A program made the position numbers and the translations under genes. The notes beneath the pieces are model-generated. The model saw only the letters and a list, made by a program, of their open reading frames with translations. It was not told the origin of the DNA and ran no database searches. A stretch of DNA of 64,000 nucleotides from Clostridiales bacterium (lineage in GTDB: Bacteria > Bacillota > Clostridia > Oscillospirales > Acutalibacteraceae), in the NCBI GenBank assembly GCA_022793315.1, contig JAAWCO010000084.1:3364-67363 (forward strand). The letters run 5' to 3'. This document shows, piece by piece, positions 27,000 to 35,580 of the stretch (the first letter of the stretch is position 1; each line of letters begins with the position of its first letter).

Positions 27000-27360
27000 C
27001 CATCAGCGTCAGCAGATTTTCGTCATTTTCCATTCTATGTTTTTCCCCTTTTCCCCGCGATTTTTCTTTGTTTTCAGTATACGGGTTTACCGGTCCGGCT
27101 GTCAAGATATACCACATTGGTCGCAGAGATACCTCCGCTTTCAAAGTCCTCACTCTCCGGGCAGAAAGACAACCCCTCCGGAAAAAACTCACTCTGGCTT
27201 TTTGTGTTCAGTGTCCCCGTCAGAAAAATTTACCGCTCTTCCGCCGGCATATCCCCACCAGGTGCGGTCACACTAAAGGTGTGTATTTCGCACGAGTTGT
27301 CAGATTCTCTGTATGACGCACCCCGTTGATCATCTGTCAGCAAATAAGGAGGCATCCCTC

Positions 27361-28716
27361 ATGGAGAAAAGGAAGGTATTTCACCGTCGTTCCCTGATTC
27401 GGGCCGTCAGCTTTGCCGCCGCCGTCATGGTGGCCCTGTCGGCGGCGGCAATCAGCGGTTACGCCGCCGCCCGGAAAAATCGAAACGCTATGGAGTACAG
27501 CTATCAGCGCGCGCTCAGCGAGCTGAATGAATACGTCAGCAACATCACTGTCGCACTGGATAAAGGCAAGTACGCCGCCACGCCCAAGCAGCTGCAAAGC
27601 CTGTCCGGCAAGCTGTGGCGGGAAACCGGCAGCGCCAAAAGCGCCCTGAGCCAGCTCCCGGTTGCCGGCGAGGAAATGGCCGCCACCTATAAATTCCTGT
27701 CCCAGCTGGGGAGCTTCTGTGTCACCCTCTCCAACCGGGTGGCTGACGGCGGTAGCATTACCGAGGAGGAGGCCGCTCTCTTCCGCCAATTGTCCCAATA
27801 TGCGGAGGAGGTTTCCGACCGTCTGGCCCTGATGGAAAGCCAGGTGGAAAACGGGAGTCTGGAGCTGGGCGAGGTGCAGGCCGCCATGCAGACCACCGGC
27901 GACGCTCCGGCGGAAAGGATCTCCGGTCTGGACGAAGGGTTCCGTGAAATGGAGGAGGGCTTTGAGGATTATCCCACGCTGATCTACGACGGTCCCTTTT
28001 CCGACCATGTGCTGCAACAGCGGTCAAAACTTCTTGACGGTATGGAGGAGATGGGGATGGAGCCGGCCCTGGCCCTGGCAGAGAAGCTCACCGGCGTATC
28101 CGGTCTGCGTTACGCCGGCGAAACCGGCGGGAATCTTCCCTGTCACCGCTTTGAAACGGACGGCTTCACGGTCAGCATGACCAAAGCGGGCGGCGCGCTC
28201 GATTACTTCCTCAACTCCCGCGAGATCGGTGAAGCCACTCTCACCCCCGGCCAGGCGCAGTCCCTCGCGGTCAAAGCGCTGTCCCGCTATCTGGAGGGGG
28301 AATTCAAACCCTCCTACTACAGCATCAACGGCGGCGTGCTCACCGCCAATTTTGCCGCCGTTCAGGACGACGTGACCCTGTATCCCGACCTGGTCAAGGT
28401 AGGGGTCGCCATGGATACCGGCGACATCGTCTCGTATGACGGGCGCGGCTATCTGATGAACCACACCGTCCGTTCTCTTCCGGCCCCCTCCCTCAGCCGG
28501 GAACAGGCCCGCGAAACGGTCAGCCCTCTGTTGAGCGTTACGGGCGAAGGGCTGGCGGTGGTTCCCGGCGACGGCCTTTCTGAAAAGCTGTGCTATGAGT
28601 TCGCCTGTACCGGCGAGGAGGGGGAAAATGTGCTGGTCTATATTGATGTTCAGACCGGCATGGAGGAGCAGATTCTGATCCTGCTGGAGGACGAAGGCGG
28701 TACACTGGTGATCTGA
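27361..28716 (+). CDS. ypeB: germination protein YpeB
   Basis: ATG 27361 follows AATAAGGAGG. It has an N-terminal TM, then YSYQRALSELNEYVSNITVALDKGKYA...LSGKLWRETGSAKSALSQLPV, and C-terminal PepSY-like repeats. Confidence 0.8.
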   Translation: MEKRKVFHRRSLIRAVSFAAAVMVALSAAAISGYAAARKNRNAMEYSYQRALSELNEYVSNITVALDKGKYAATPKQLQSLSGKLWRETGSAKSALSQLPVAGEEMAATYKFLSQLGSFCVTLSNRVADGGSITEEEAALFRQLSQYAEEVSDRLALMESQVENGSLELGEVQAAMQTTGDAPAERISGLDEGFREMEEGFEDYPTLIYDGPFSDHVLQQRSKLLDGMEEMGMEPALALAEKLTGVSGLRYAGETGGNLPCHRFETDGFTVSMTKAGGALDYFLNSREIGEATLTPGQAQSLAVKALSRYLEGEFKPSYYSINGGVLTANFAAVQDDVTLYPDLVKVGVAMDTGDIVSYDGRGYLMNHTVRSLPAPSLSREQARETVSPLLSVTGEGLAVVPGDGLSEKLCYEFACTGEEGENVLVYIDVQTGMEEQILILLEDEGGTLVI

Positions 28717-28831
28717 AAAACCGTCATCCGGCAATGGGACGGAAAGCCGGGGGAATTTCCCCGCTCCCCCGGCTTCGAGCGTTTTCGCCCTCTTCCGGGG
28801 GTATGATAGGGCCGCCGGAAATGGCGCGCCG

Positions 28832-28867
28832 AAAAAACGCGCCTCTGTCACAAGAGGCGCGTTTTTT
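28832..28867. terminator. bidirectional terminator
   Basis: AAAAAACGCGCCTCT-GTCACA-AGAGGCGCGTTTTTT. Confidence 0.8.
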
Positions 28868-28921
28868 CTGTTGGGAAGGCGCTGGAGGACGAGATTGTCC
28901 CGCAGAGAGAAAAGGGAGCGG

Positions 28922-29266
28922 TCAGCTGGTGTAATCCTCCAGCAGCATGGCCAGCTCCCCCTCGCCGGCGGCGAAAACGCCCTCTGCCAGACGCTGTTGC
29001 TCCTCCTCCGGCAGGGTGGCGATATACACATCGTATACCTGGCTCGGCGCAGAGTCGCCCTTGATAAACACCGCCAGCCGCCCCTCCCAGGCGCCGACAA
29101 TATATCCCGCAGCTGCCGGCGCCGCTTTAGCCCCCGGAGCGGATTCTGCCGTATGGATGGGTTCCCGCGCCGGGTTCTTCGGCTGGTCAGCCAGACAAAC
29201 CGCCGCCGCGGCCAGTGTCAGAAGCCCCACTCCCGCCGTCAGCATCCACCCTTCTTTTTTCATCAT
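28922..29266 (-). CDS. small membrane-anchored protein with a BofC-C-terminal-like motif (hypothetical)
   Basis: ATG 29266 follows GGAGGGGG. It has a TM, then YIVGAWEGRLAVFIKGDSAPSQVYDVYIATLPEEEQQRLAEGVFAAGEGELAMLLEDYTS. The domain assignment is from memory only. Confidence 0.5.
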   Translation of the reverse strand: MMKKEGWMLTAGVGLLTLAAAAVCLADQPKNPAREPIHTAESAPGAKAAPAAAGYIVGAWEGRLAVFIKGDSAPSQVYDVYIATLPEEEQQRLAEGVFAAGEGELAMLLEDYTS

Positions 29267-29698
29267 CACACCGCCCCCTCCGGCCGCAAAGCCCTGCAAA
29301 ATGTTTCTCTTTTATAGGATGGACCGGTTGCCGCGAAAATATCCCTGCCCGGTGAAATCTTACAACTTTGACATTTGACATTTGCAGGACCCTGCTATAA
29401 GATAGGGATGCCTTCAATGAACGGGGGGAACCACGCCTGATGGCGGTCAAAAAGGGCGCTGCCTTCATGGCCGCCCTGTCAGTCCATCTGTTGTTTCGCC
29501 GTCAGCTCCCCCGGCGTTTTTCAGGTAAAAAAGAACCGGCAAAGCGGACGAAACCGCCGGACTGACGCTCAGCCACAAGGACGACGCCAGCTCCTGTTTT
29601 TTCTGAAAAACGGGGCGGCCCCTGTCAATTGATGGCACCTTACCGTTTTTCACCAGCCGGACCGTTTCCGCCGGACAACACCAAAGGAGGATGACCGG

Positions 29699-32209
29699 AT
29701 GAAAAAAACGCAGGAGCGGGCAGAAAGCGCCCCGCGCCGGAGAGATGCTCTGCGGGCATGGCTGAAAAAGCCGCCCGTCCGCTATTCTCTCAAGGCGATT
29801 TCCGCTGTTTTCAAATGTCTGCTGACCATTGTCCTGATCGGCACCATCACCGCCAGCATCGTCGGCTGTGTCATGGTGGTCTATGTCGTGCAGAGCTTCC
29901 GCAGCGATACAGGCATTCCCAATCTGGACAACATTTCCCTGAATGAAACCAGTATCGTCTATATCAAAAATCCCGAAACCGGCCAGTTTCAGGAGCATCA
30001 GCGGCTGGAGGGCACCAAAGCCATCTGGACCGATCTGGAAAATATCCCGCTCAATATGCAGAACGCCATTATCGCCATCGAGGACAAGCGTTTCTACGAT
30101 CACGACGGGGTGGACTGGAAACGGACGGTTTCCGCCTTTGCCAATTTGCTGCTCCATTTTTCTTCACAGGAATACGGCGGTTCCACCATCACCCAGCAGC
30201 TGATCAAGGTGCTTACCAAGGAAAATGACCACAAAATTGAACGGAAGATCACGGAAATCCTCCGCGCTATTGAGATGGAGCGCAATTATTATACCAAGGA
30301 TGAGATTCTGGAGGCCTATCTCAATGTATTGCCGCTGTCCAGCAATGTGGTCGGGGTGGGCGCCGCCGCCAACTACTATTTCGGTAAGGATATCGGAGAC
30401 CTCTCTCTGGCTGAGTGCGCCCTCATCGCCGGCATCACACAGAACCCTTCCCGGTACAATCCTTATACCCATCCTGAAAACATCCGGCAACGGCAGCGGC
30501 TGGTGCTGCGCAGCATGTATGAGCAGGGACATATCACGGCCGACGAGTACCGGCAGGCCTACGGCGAGGAGCTGGTGTTCCAAAGCAGCATTCGCCATGT
30601 GGATGTACAGGATTATTACGCCGATCTGCTGATTCAGGACGTAATCGACGACCTGATGGACAAATACGGATACAGCGAAACCTATGCCACCAACATGGTA
30701 TATTTCGGCGGTCTGCGGATCGAATCGGCGGAGGTGCTTTCCCAGCAGGAAAAAATTGAAAGCATCTATGCAAACGATGCCAACTTCCCCTCCCCGCTGA
30801 AAAACGACAAGGAAAACCCGCAGGGCGCCATTCTGATCATGGAATATGATGGGCGGGTGGTGGCCACTGCCGGCGGACGCGGCCAGAAGGAGGCGAACCG
30901 AATCGCCAACCGGGCCACCCAATCAACACGGCAGCCCGGCTCCTCCATGAAGCCGATTGGGGTATACGGTCCGGCAGTGGAAATGAACCTGATCCATTTT
31001 TCCTCGCTGTATAATGATACCCCAATCACCTATGACGGAATCAAATGGCCGCCCAACTACAGCAATATTGATGGAAATAAGGCCTGGACCTACCGCGGCT
31101 ATACCATCTCGGAGGCGCTGCAGCGCTCGCTGAACACCGTTCCCGCCCAGATTATCACCGAGGAGCTGACGCTGAAAACCAGCTTCGATTTTCTCTCCAA
31201 TAAGTTTCATCTTTCCACGCTGGTCACCGCCCGGCAGGTTCCCGTGGCGGGCGGTTACAACACCGTCACCGACCTGACGCCGTCAGCGCTGGCGCTGGGG
31301 GGGACGACCGATGGCGTCAAATGTATTGACATGGCCGCCGCCTATCAGGCCTTCGGCAACGGCGGCATCTACAACAAACCCTATACCTATTATACCGTGA
31401 GGCGGGGCAACGAGCTCCTGCTGGAAAATGTGCCCACCAATGAGCGGGCCATCAGCGAAAGCACCGCTTATGTGATGAACCGCCTGCTGCAAAACGTCGT
31501 TCGTGGCCCTGTCGGTACCGGTAAACGGGCGGCCTTCGGCGAATGGCCGATTTTTGCCAAAACCGGCACCACCGACAATAATAACGATGTGTATTTTGCC
31601 GGCGGCACCCCCTATTTTGTCGCCGCCAGCTGGTTCGGCTACGACCATAACAAGGAGATGAACAGCTCCCAGACCGGCTACGCGCTCAACCTGTGGAAGC
31701 AATGTATGCAGGCCCTCCATGAGGGGCTGGAGCTCAGGGACTTTGATAAAACCGGTAACACGGTGGAGTACACCTTCTGTCTGACATCCGGCCAGCTGGC
31801 AAACAGCGGCTGTCCGGATACCGCTGTGGGTGTCTATAAGCCGGAAAACATCCCGGGCAACTGTGCCAGCCACGACGGTACTCCCCTGCATCCTTCGGAC
31901 GACGGCCAGGGCAGCTCCGAACCGACCACAGAACCAACACCTGAGACCACCACAACGACTGCTGCGGTCCCTGCGACCACAACGACCGCCACGGCTCCCA
32001 CCACCAAACCAACACAGGGGACAACTGACCCGCCGATCCGGGTCCCCACCACAACATCAGCAAAGGTTCCCTCGACTGCGCCAACCGATCCGTCAACCTC
32101 GGCCCCTTCTGAGCCCTCTGCCTCCTCCCCCTCCCATAGCACACAGGATGAGCCCCCTCAAAACGCCGCAGAGAATGGAGCCGACACAGAGGTAACCAAC
32201 GGCTTGTAA
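29699..32209 (+). CDS. class A penicillin-binding protein (GT51 transglycosylase plus transpeptidase) with a Thr/Pro-rich tail
   Basis: EDKRFYDHDGVD, GGSTITQQLIK and RKITE are GT51 motifs. SSMKP (SxxK) and KTGTT are transpeptidase motifs. The C-terminal ~110 aa are low-complexity T/P/S. Confidence 0.9.
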   Translation: MKKTQERAESAPRRRDALRAWLKKPPVRYSLKAISAVFKCLLTIVLIGTITASIVGCVMVVYVVQSFRSDTGIPNLDNISLNETSIVYIKNPETGQFQEHQRLEGTKAIWTDLENIPLNMQNAIIAIEDKRFYDHDGVDWKRTVSAFANLLLHFSSQEYGGSTITQQLIKVLTKENDHKIERKITEILRAIEMERNYYTKDEILEAYLNVLPLSSNVVGVGAAANYYFGKDIGDLSLAECALIAGITQNPSRYNPYTHPENIRQRQRLVLRSMYEQGHITADEYRQAYGEELVFQSSIRHVDVQDYYADLLIQDVIDDLMDKYGYSETYATNMVYFGGLRIESAEVLSQQEKIESIYANDANFPSPLKNDKENPQGAILIMEYDGRVVATAGGRGQKEANRIANRATQSTRQPGSSMKPIGVYGPAVEMNLIHFSSLYNDTPITYDGIKWPPNYSNIDGNKAWTYRGYTISEALQRSLNTVPAQIITEELTLKTSFDFLSNKFHLSTLVTARQVPVAGGYNTVTDLTPSALALGGTTDGVKCIDMAAAYQAFGNGGIYNKPYTYYTVRRGNELLLENVPTNERAISESTAYVMNRLLQNVVRGPVGTGKRAAFGEWPIFAKTGTTDNNNDVYFAGGTPYFVAASWFGYDHNKEMNSSQTGYALNLWKQCMQALHEGLELRDFDKTGNTVEYTFCLTSGQLANSGCPDTAVGVYKPENIPGNCASHDGTPLHPSDDGQGSSEPTTEPTPETTTTTAAVPATTTTATAPTTKPTQGTTDPPIRVPTTTSAKVPSTAPTDPSTSAPSEPSASSPSHSTQDEPPQNAAENGADTEVTNGL

Positions 32210-32223
32210 AAAGGAGATACAGC

Positions 32224-32460
32224 ATGAAAAGGATCATTCGCAAAAAGGTATACGATACCGAAACGGCCTCCCCGGCGGCGACCCGCAACCACAGCTTTTT
32301 CGGCGATCCGGCAGGGTATAGCGAAACTCTGTATCAGACGCCCGACGGCTTCTTCTTTCTCCATGGCCGCGGTGGTCCCGATTCCCCCTATGCCGTCGAA
32401 AATATCCGTGCCCTTTCCAAAACAAAGGCAGAGCTGTGGAGAGCTCAACCGGAAAACTGA
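32224..32460 (+). CDS. small conserved-looking hypothetical protein
   Basis: 78-aa ORF 14 nt after the PBP stop, behind an AAAGGAGA RBS, and followed by a strong terminator. Confidence 0.5.
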   Translation: MKRIIRKKVYDTETASPAATRNHSFFGDPAGYSETLYQTPDGFFFLHGRGGPDSPYAVENIRALSKTKAELWRAQPEN

Positions 32461-32485
32461 GCGTACCCTGTAATGTTGCCTTTTG

Positions 32486-32530
32486 CCCCCTCAGAAGAGC
32501 TGCGGTCGCCGCTCTTCTGAGGGGGTTTTA
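32486..32530 (+). terminator. rho-independent terminator
   Basis: CCCCCTCAGAAGAGC-TGCGGTCGCC-GCTCTTCTGAGGGGG followed by TTTTATT. Confidence 0.85.
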
Positions 32531-32620
32531 TTGAGCCGCCATCTTTCGTCACGGTGAAAATTTTGGTCCTTTATCCGCCTCTCCCTTCTTCAGAAGAGAT
32601 TTGTCTTGCTCATACCCCGA

Positions 32621-32667
32621 CCCCGGGCCTTTCCGTTGTCAATTACGTTACCTTTTGCGGCCCGGGG
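32621..32667 (+). repeat. hairpin element A1
   Basis: CCCCGGGCC / GGCCCGGGG stem. The 29-nt loop contains TTTCCGTT and TTACGTTA. Confidence 0.6.
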
Positions 32668-32712
32668 CCAGGAGCTTTCCCTGACGGGAAATCTCCCCCT
32701 CCGGCAGGGCGA

Positions 32713-32760
32713 CCAGGCCGGGCCTTTCCGTTTCGGTTTACTTTACGTAAGGTGGCCTGG
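32713..32760 (+). repeat. hairpin element A2
   Basis: CCAGGCC / GGCCTGG stem. The 34-nt loop contains TTTCCGTT and TTACGTAA. Confidence 0.6.
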
Positions 32761-32823
32761 CGCTACATCTGTAACGATGCCGCAACGGGGATTCTTCTGG
32801 GGTGGGTGCTCATCTTGATGGGT

Positions 32824-32873
32824 AGACCACGGCCCAACATTTCTGCTCACGTAACGCCCGGTGGCCGTGGTCT
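32824..32873 (+). repeat. hairpin element A3
   Basis: AGACCACGGCC / GGCCGTGGTCT stem. The 28-nt loop contains TTTCTGCT and CACGTAAC. Confidence 0.6.
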
Positions 32874-32907
32874 CGAAAATACCCCGCTGGCATTTTCCCT
32901 CACTTCA

Positions 32908-33084
32908 TGTTATAATAAGCGCAGGGAAAATCCCAAAGGGATTTTCGGGAGCGCCGCCATAAAGCGTCAGTATACAGAAGGGCTGGGCGGCGCTTCTATA
33001 ATAAGCGCAGGGAAAATCCAAAAGAAATTTTCAGGAGCGCCGCCGGGAACGGGACAGGCTGCCGTCATCAGAAAGGAAGATATT
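32908..33084 (+). promoter_or_regulatory. extended -10 promoter plus structured leader with an 86-nt tandem duplication, upstream of the MBL hydrolase gene
   Basis: TGTTATAAT at 32908-32916. The 48-nt block TATAATAAGCGCAGGGAAAATCC.AAAG..ATTTTC.GGAGCGCCGCC occurs at 32911 and 32997. There is an internal hairpin GAAAATCCC-AAA-GGGATTTTC and a 9-bp stem AGCGCCGCC/GGCGGCGCT (32950-32994). Confidence 0.5.
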
Positions 33085-33921
33085 ATGAAGCTGCAATACC
33101 TTGGCACTGCCGCTGCGGAGGCTTTTCCCGCGATTTTCTGCCATTGCGACGCCTGCCGGCGCGCCCGCCAGGCTGGAGGAAAAAATATCCGGATGCGGTC
33201 CGGGCTCGTCCTGAACGACACTGTCCTGATTGATCTGCCCCCCGACATCTATGCCCTCTCTCTGCGGCTTGGTTTGGATCTGGGCGAGGTGACCGATCTG
33301 TTCGTCACCCACTCCCACTCGGATCATTTTGCGTTTCAGGATCTGGCCATGCGCCGGAACGGCTGCTTCTGCCATATCGGGGAAAACGATTCCGCCCCCG
33401 CTCTCCATGTGCATGGAAACGACGGTGTGGAGGCGCTGATAAATGCCATGCCGGAAGAGGACCGCTGCGATAAGGACATTCATCTGACGCGGATTTCGTA
33501 TTTTGAAACCCACACGGCAGCGAACGGCCTGCGCTTTACTTACCTGCCCGCTCATCACAAGCCGGATGAACAAAGCGGCTTCTATATGATAGAGGGTGAG
33601 GGAAAACGGCTGATTTATGCGCAGGATACCGGTCTCTTCCCCGCGGAAACGCTGGATTATCTGGCGGGCAAGCCGCTGGATTTCCTGAGCCTCGACTGCT
33701 GCTTTGGCCGGCGTTCCTCCGGCGGATGGGGACATATGGGGCTGCCTGACAACCGGGAAATGGTGGCAGCCCTGAGAAAAAGCGGCGCCGTAACCGACAA
33801 TACCATTGTTGTGGTCAATCACTTCTCCCACAACTGCGGTCAGCTGCATGAGGAGCTGGAGGCCGAAGCAAAGCCCGACGGCTTTGCCGTCGCCTATGAC
33901 GGCATGATTGTCGAGCTGTGA
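33085..33921 (+). CDS. MBL-fold metallo-hydrolase, PhnP-like (N-terminal Cys cluster)
   Basis: ATG 33085 follows GAAAGGAAG. MKLQYLGTAAAEAFPAIFCHCDACRRA is the Cys cluster and THSHSDH is the HxHxDH motif. Confidence 0.8.
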   Translation: MKLQYLGTAAAEAFPAIFCHCDACRRARQAGGKNIRMRSGLVLNDTVLIDLPPDIYALSLRLGLDLGEVTDLFVTHSHSDHFAFQDLAMRRNGCFCHIGENDSAPALHVHGNDGVEALINAMPEEDRCDKDIHLTRISYFETHTAANGLRFTYLPAHHKPDEQSGFYMIEGEGKRLIYAQDTGLFPAETLDYLAGKPLDFLSLDCCFGRRSSGGWGHMGLPDNREMVAALRKSGAVTDNTIVVVNHFSHNCGQLHEELEAEAKPDGFAVAYDGMIVEL

Positions 33922-34760
33922 GCAAAGCTCGCTCGACTGCCGGCGAACACCGCCCTTCCCGGAGCCGCGCCGGAGACCGGGAACCTCTGCGCATTCACCT
34001 GATGGATGAGCTGCGTGGGCTGGATATTCTGCTGATGGTCGCTTACCATACCTTTTACATGGCAGGATGGGTCTTCGGATGGGAATGGGGGAAAACGCTC
34101 TTTTTCTTTTTCATGCCGGTTGCGCCCTTCTTTGCCGGAATTTTCATCTTTATCTGCGGCGTTTCCTGCCGCCTGTCCCACAATAACTGGAAAAGAGGCG
34201 GTCTGCTGGCCCTGCTGGCGGCAGGCGTGTCGCTGGTTATGTGGCTGGCCGATCTGACACAGATCGTCCCCGGTCAGGCCATCTGGTTCGGCATTCTGCA
34301 TTTCCTCGCGGCGGCTATCCTGCTGTTCGCTTTGATACGGCCTCTGCTGGATCGCCTTTCTCCCTGGTGGGCTATTCCGGCATGCGTGCTTCTGTTCGTC
34401 CTCACCTGCCACGTTCCCGTACAGGAGGGCGGTTATCTGGGCCTGTCCGGTCTTTGGGAATATCCAATCCCCTCTTTTCTCACCGACAGGGTCTGGCTCT
34501 ATCCGCTGGGCTTTGGCTCTGTACCCAGCTCCGACTATTTTCCGCTGATTCCGTGGATTTTCTGCTTTCTGACGGGAAGCTTTGTGGGAAGGTGGGCGGA
34601 GCAGCAGCGTCTTCCCCGGTGGCTGTACCGCCGACGGGTGCCCTTTTTCTCCTTTGTAGGAAAACACACCCTGCTGATCTATCTTTTTCATCAGCCCGTC
34701 GCCTATGCGCTGTGCTTTGCTGTCACAGGGGCGCTTTCCCTGTTTGCGGGTCAGCCATGA
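33918..34760 (+). CDS. DUF1624 / heparan-alpha-glucosaminide N-acetyltransferase-like membrane acyltransferase
   Basis: GTG start overlaps the previous stop (GTGA). RIHLMDELRGLDILLMVAYH is the family N-terminal motif. Multi-TM. Confidence 0.7.
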   Translation: MSKARSTAGEHRPSRSRAGDREPLRIHLMDELRGLDILLMVAYHTFYMAGWVFGWEWGKTLFFFFMPVAPFFAGIFIFICGVSCRLSHNNWKRGGLLALLAAGVSLVMWLADLTQIVPGQAIWFGILHFLAAAILLFALIRPLLDRLSPWWAIPACVLLFVLTCHVPVQEGGYLGLSGLWEYPIPSFLTDRVWLYPLGFGSVPSSDYFPLIPWIFCFLTGSFVGRWAEQQRLPRWLYRRRVPFFSFVGKHTLLIYLFHQPVAYALCFAVTGALSLFAGQP

Positions 34761-34780
34761 CGCCTTCCATTCCCGGTATT

Positions 34781-34818
34781 GGAAAGAGGCCGCCTTTTGC
34801 AGAAGGCGGCCTCTTTCC
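34781..34818. terminator. bidirectional terminator
   Basis: GGAAAGAGGCCGCCTT-TTGCAG-AAGGCGGCCTCTTTCC, a perfect 16-bp stem. Confidence 0.8.
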
Positions 34819-34836
34819 AACGAGACGTTAGGCATT

Positions 34837-35379
34837 TTATCCGGCACGGCGGCGGAACAGCGCATTGGCGGCGCCCGAACGGTACAGCGCGGTATGCAGC
34901 AGCAGGCCGCAGCCGGTACAGGCGACCAGCTGACCCGCGCCGACGCACAAAATATTGAACCACACCAGCGGCAGGGTCACCGGGGAGTAATAGGCAACCG
35001 CCAGCTCCGGCCCCACCACCGCTGCGTTGATAAGCACTGGCGGAAGGGTGGACAGAAGCGGTACTCCCTTTACCGTGATTCCGCGCAGCCGCCGCGTAAG
35101 GACGGCAGCTGCCAGAGTGGCCAGCGGACCGAGCAGTAAATCCAGCGCTCCCGCAGGATTGGCGCCGGACATCAACCCAAACAGATTGGAAACCAGACAG
35201 CCCACCGCCAGCCCGGGAACCGCGGCCGGCGTGAAAACAGGCAGAATGGTCAGCATTTCCGAGAGGCGGAGCTGTATGGGGCCAAAGGCCGCCGGCGCAA
35301 TCGCTACCGTCAGGGCCACATACAGGGCCGCGATCAGGCCGCCCTCCACCAGCAAGCGCAGGGAATATTTTTCTTTCAT
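34837..35379 (-). CDS. queT: queuosine precursor transporter QueT
   Basis: MKEKYSLRLLVEGGLIAALYVALTVAIAPAAFGPIQLRLSEMLTILP is a typical QueT N-terminus. 180 aa, multi-TM. Confidence 0.8.
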   Translation of the reverse strand: MKEKYSLRLLVEGGLIAALYVALTVAIAPAAFGPIQLRLSEMLTILPVFTPAAVPGLAVGCLVSNLFGLMSGANPAGALDLLLGPLATLAAAVLTRRLRGITVKGVPLLSTLPPVLINAAVVGPELAVAYYSPVTLPLVWFNILCVGAGQLVACTGCGLLLHTALYRSGAANALFRRRAG

Positions 35380-35382
35380 GCT

Positions 35383-35466
35383 ATTCTCTCCTTAGTTTTG
35401 ATTGGCGCGGCAAAGCCGGCCGGTCAGGATGGTTACGAACTGACCAGAGTCTCTGCAAAGACTCCG
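35383..35466 (-). promoter_or_regulatory. candidate preQ1 riboswitch (class I-like core with an inserted hairpin) in the queT leader
   Basis: The minus strand reads GGUCAG-UUCGUAACCAUC-CUGACC, then GGCCGGCUUUGCCGCGCC, then AAUCAAAACUAAGGAG-N8-AUG. The loop and A-rich tail resemble known preQ1-I aptamers and the tail sequesters the RBS. Confidence 0.5.
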
Positions 35467-35471
35467 CCTGT

Positions 35472-35501
35472 ATCATACACCCGACGGACGACAGCGGTCA
35501 A
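35472..35501 (-). promoter_or_regulatory. putative queT promoter
   Basis: Minus strand TTGACC-N18-TATGAT. Confidence 0.4.
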
Positions 35502-35514
35502 GCCAATTTGGCGC

Positions 35515-35543
35515 TTTACGGGAACGCTGCTTTGTACTATAAT
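35515..35543 (+). promoter_or_regulatory. putative promoter of the MNT/HEPN pair
   Basis: TTTACG-N17-TATAAT, about 40 nt upstream of ATG 35581. Confidence 0.4.
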
Positions 35544-35580
35544 AAAAAGACAACCATCCCATTCAAAGGAGCGGTGCCTC

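Noticed and set aside
32554-33084. N-terminal 177-codon extension of the MBL hydrolase ORF.
   Set aside because: The extension is built from the hairpin and tandem repeats, has Pro/Gly/Arg-rich nonsense composition, and starts inside the region just after a terminator. The ATG at 33085 has a proper RBS and gives the family-typical N-terminus.
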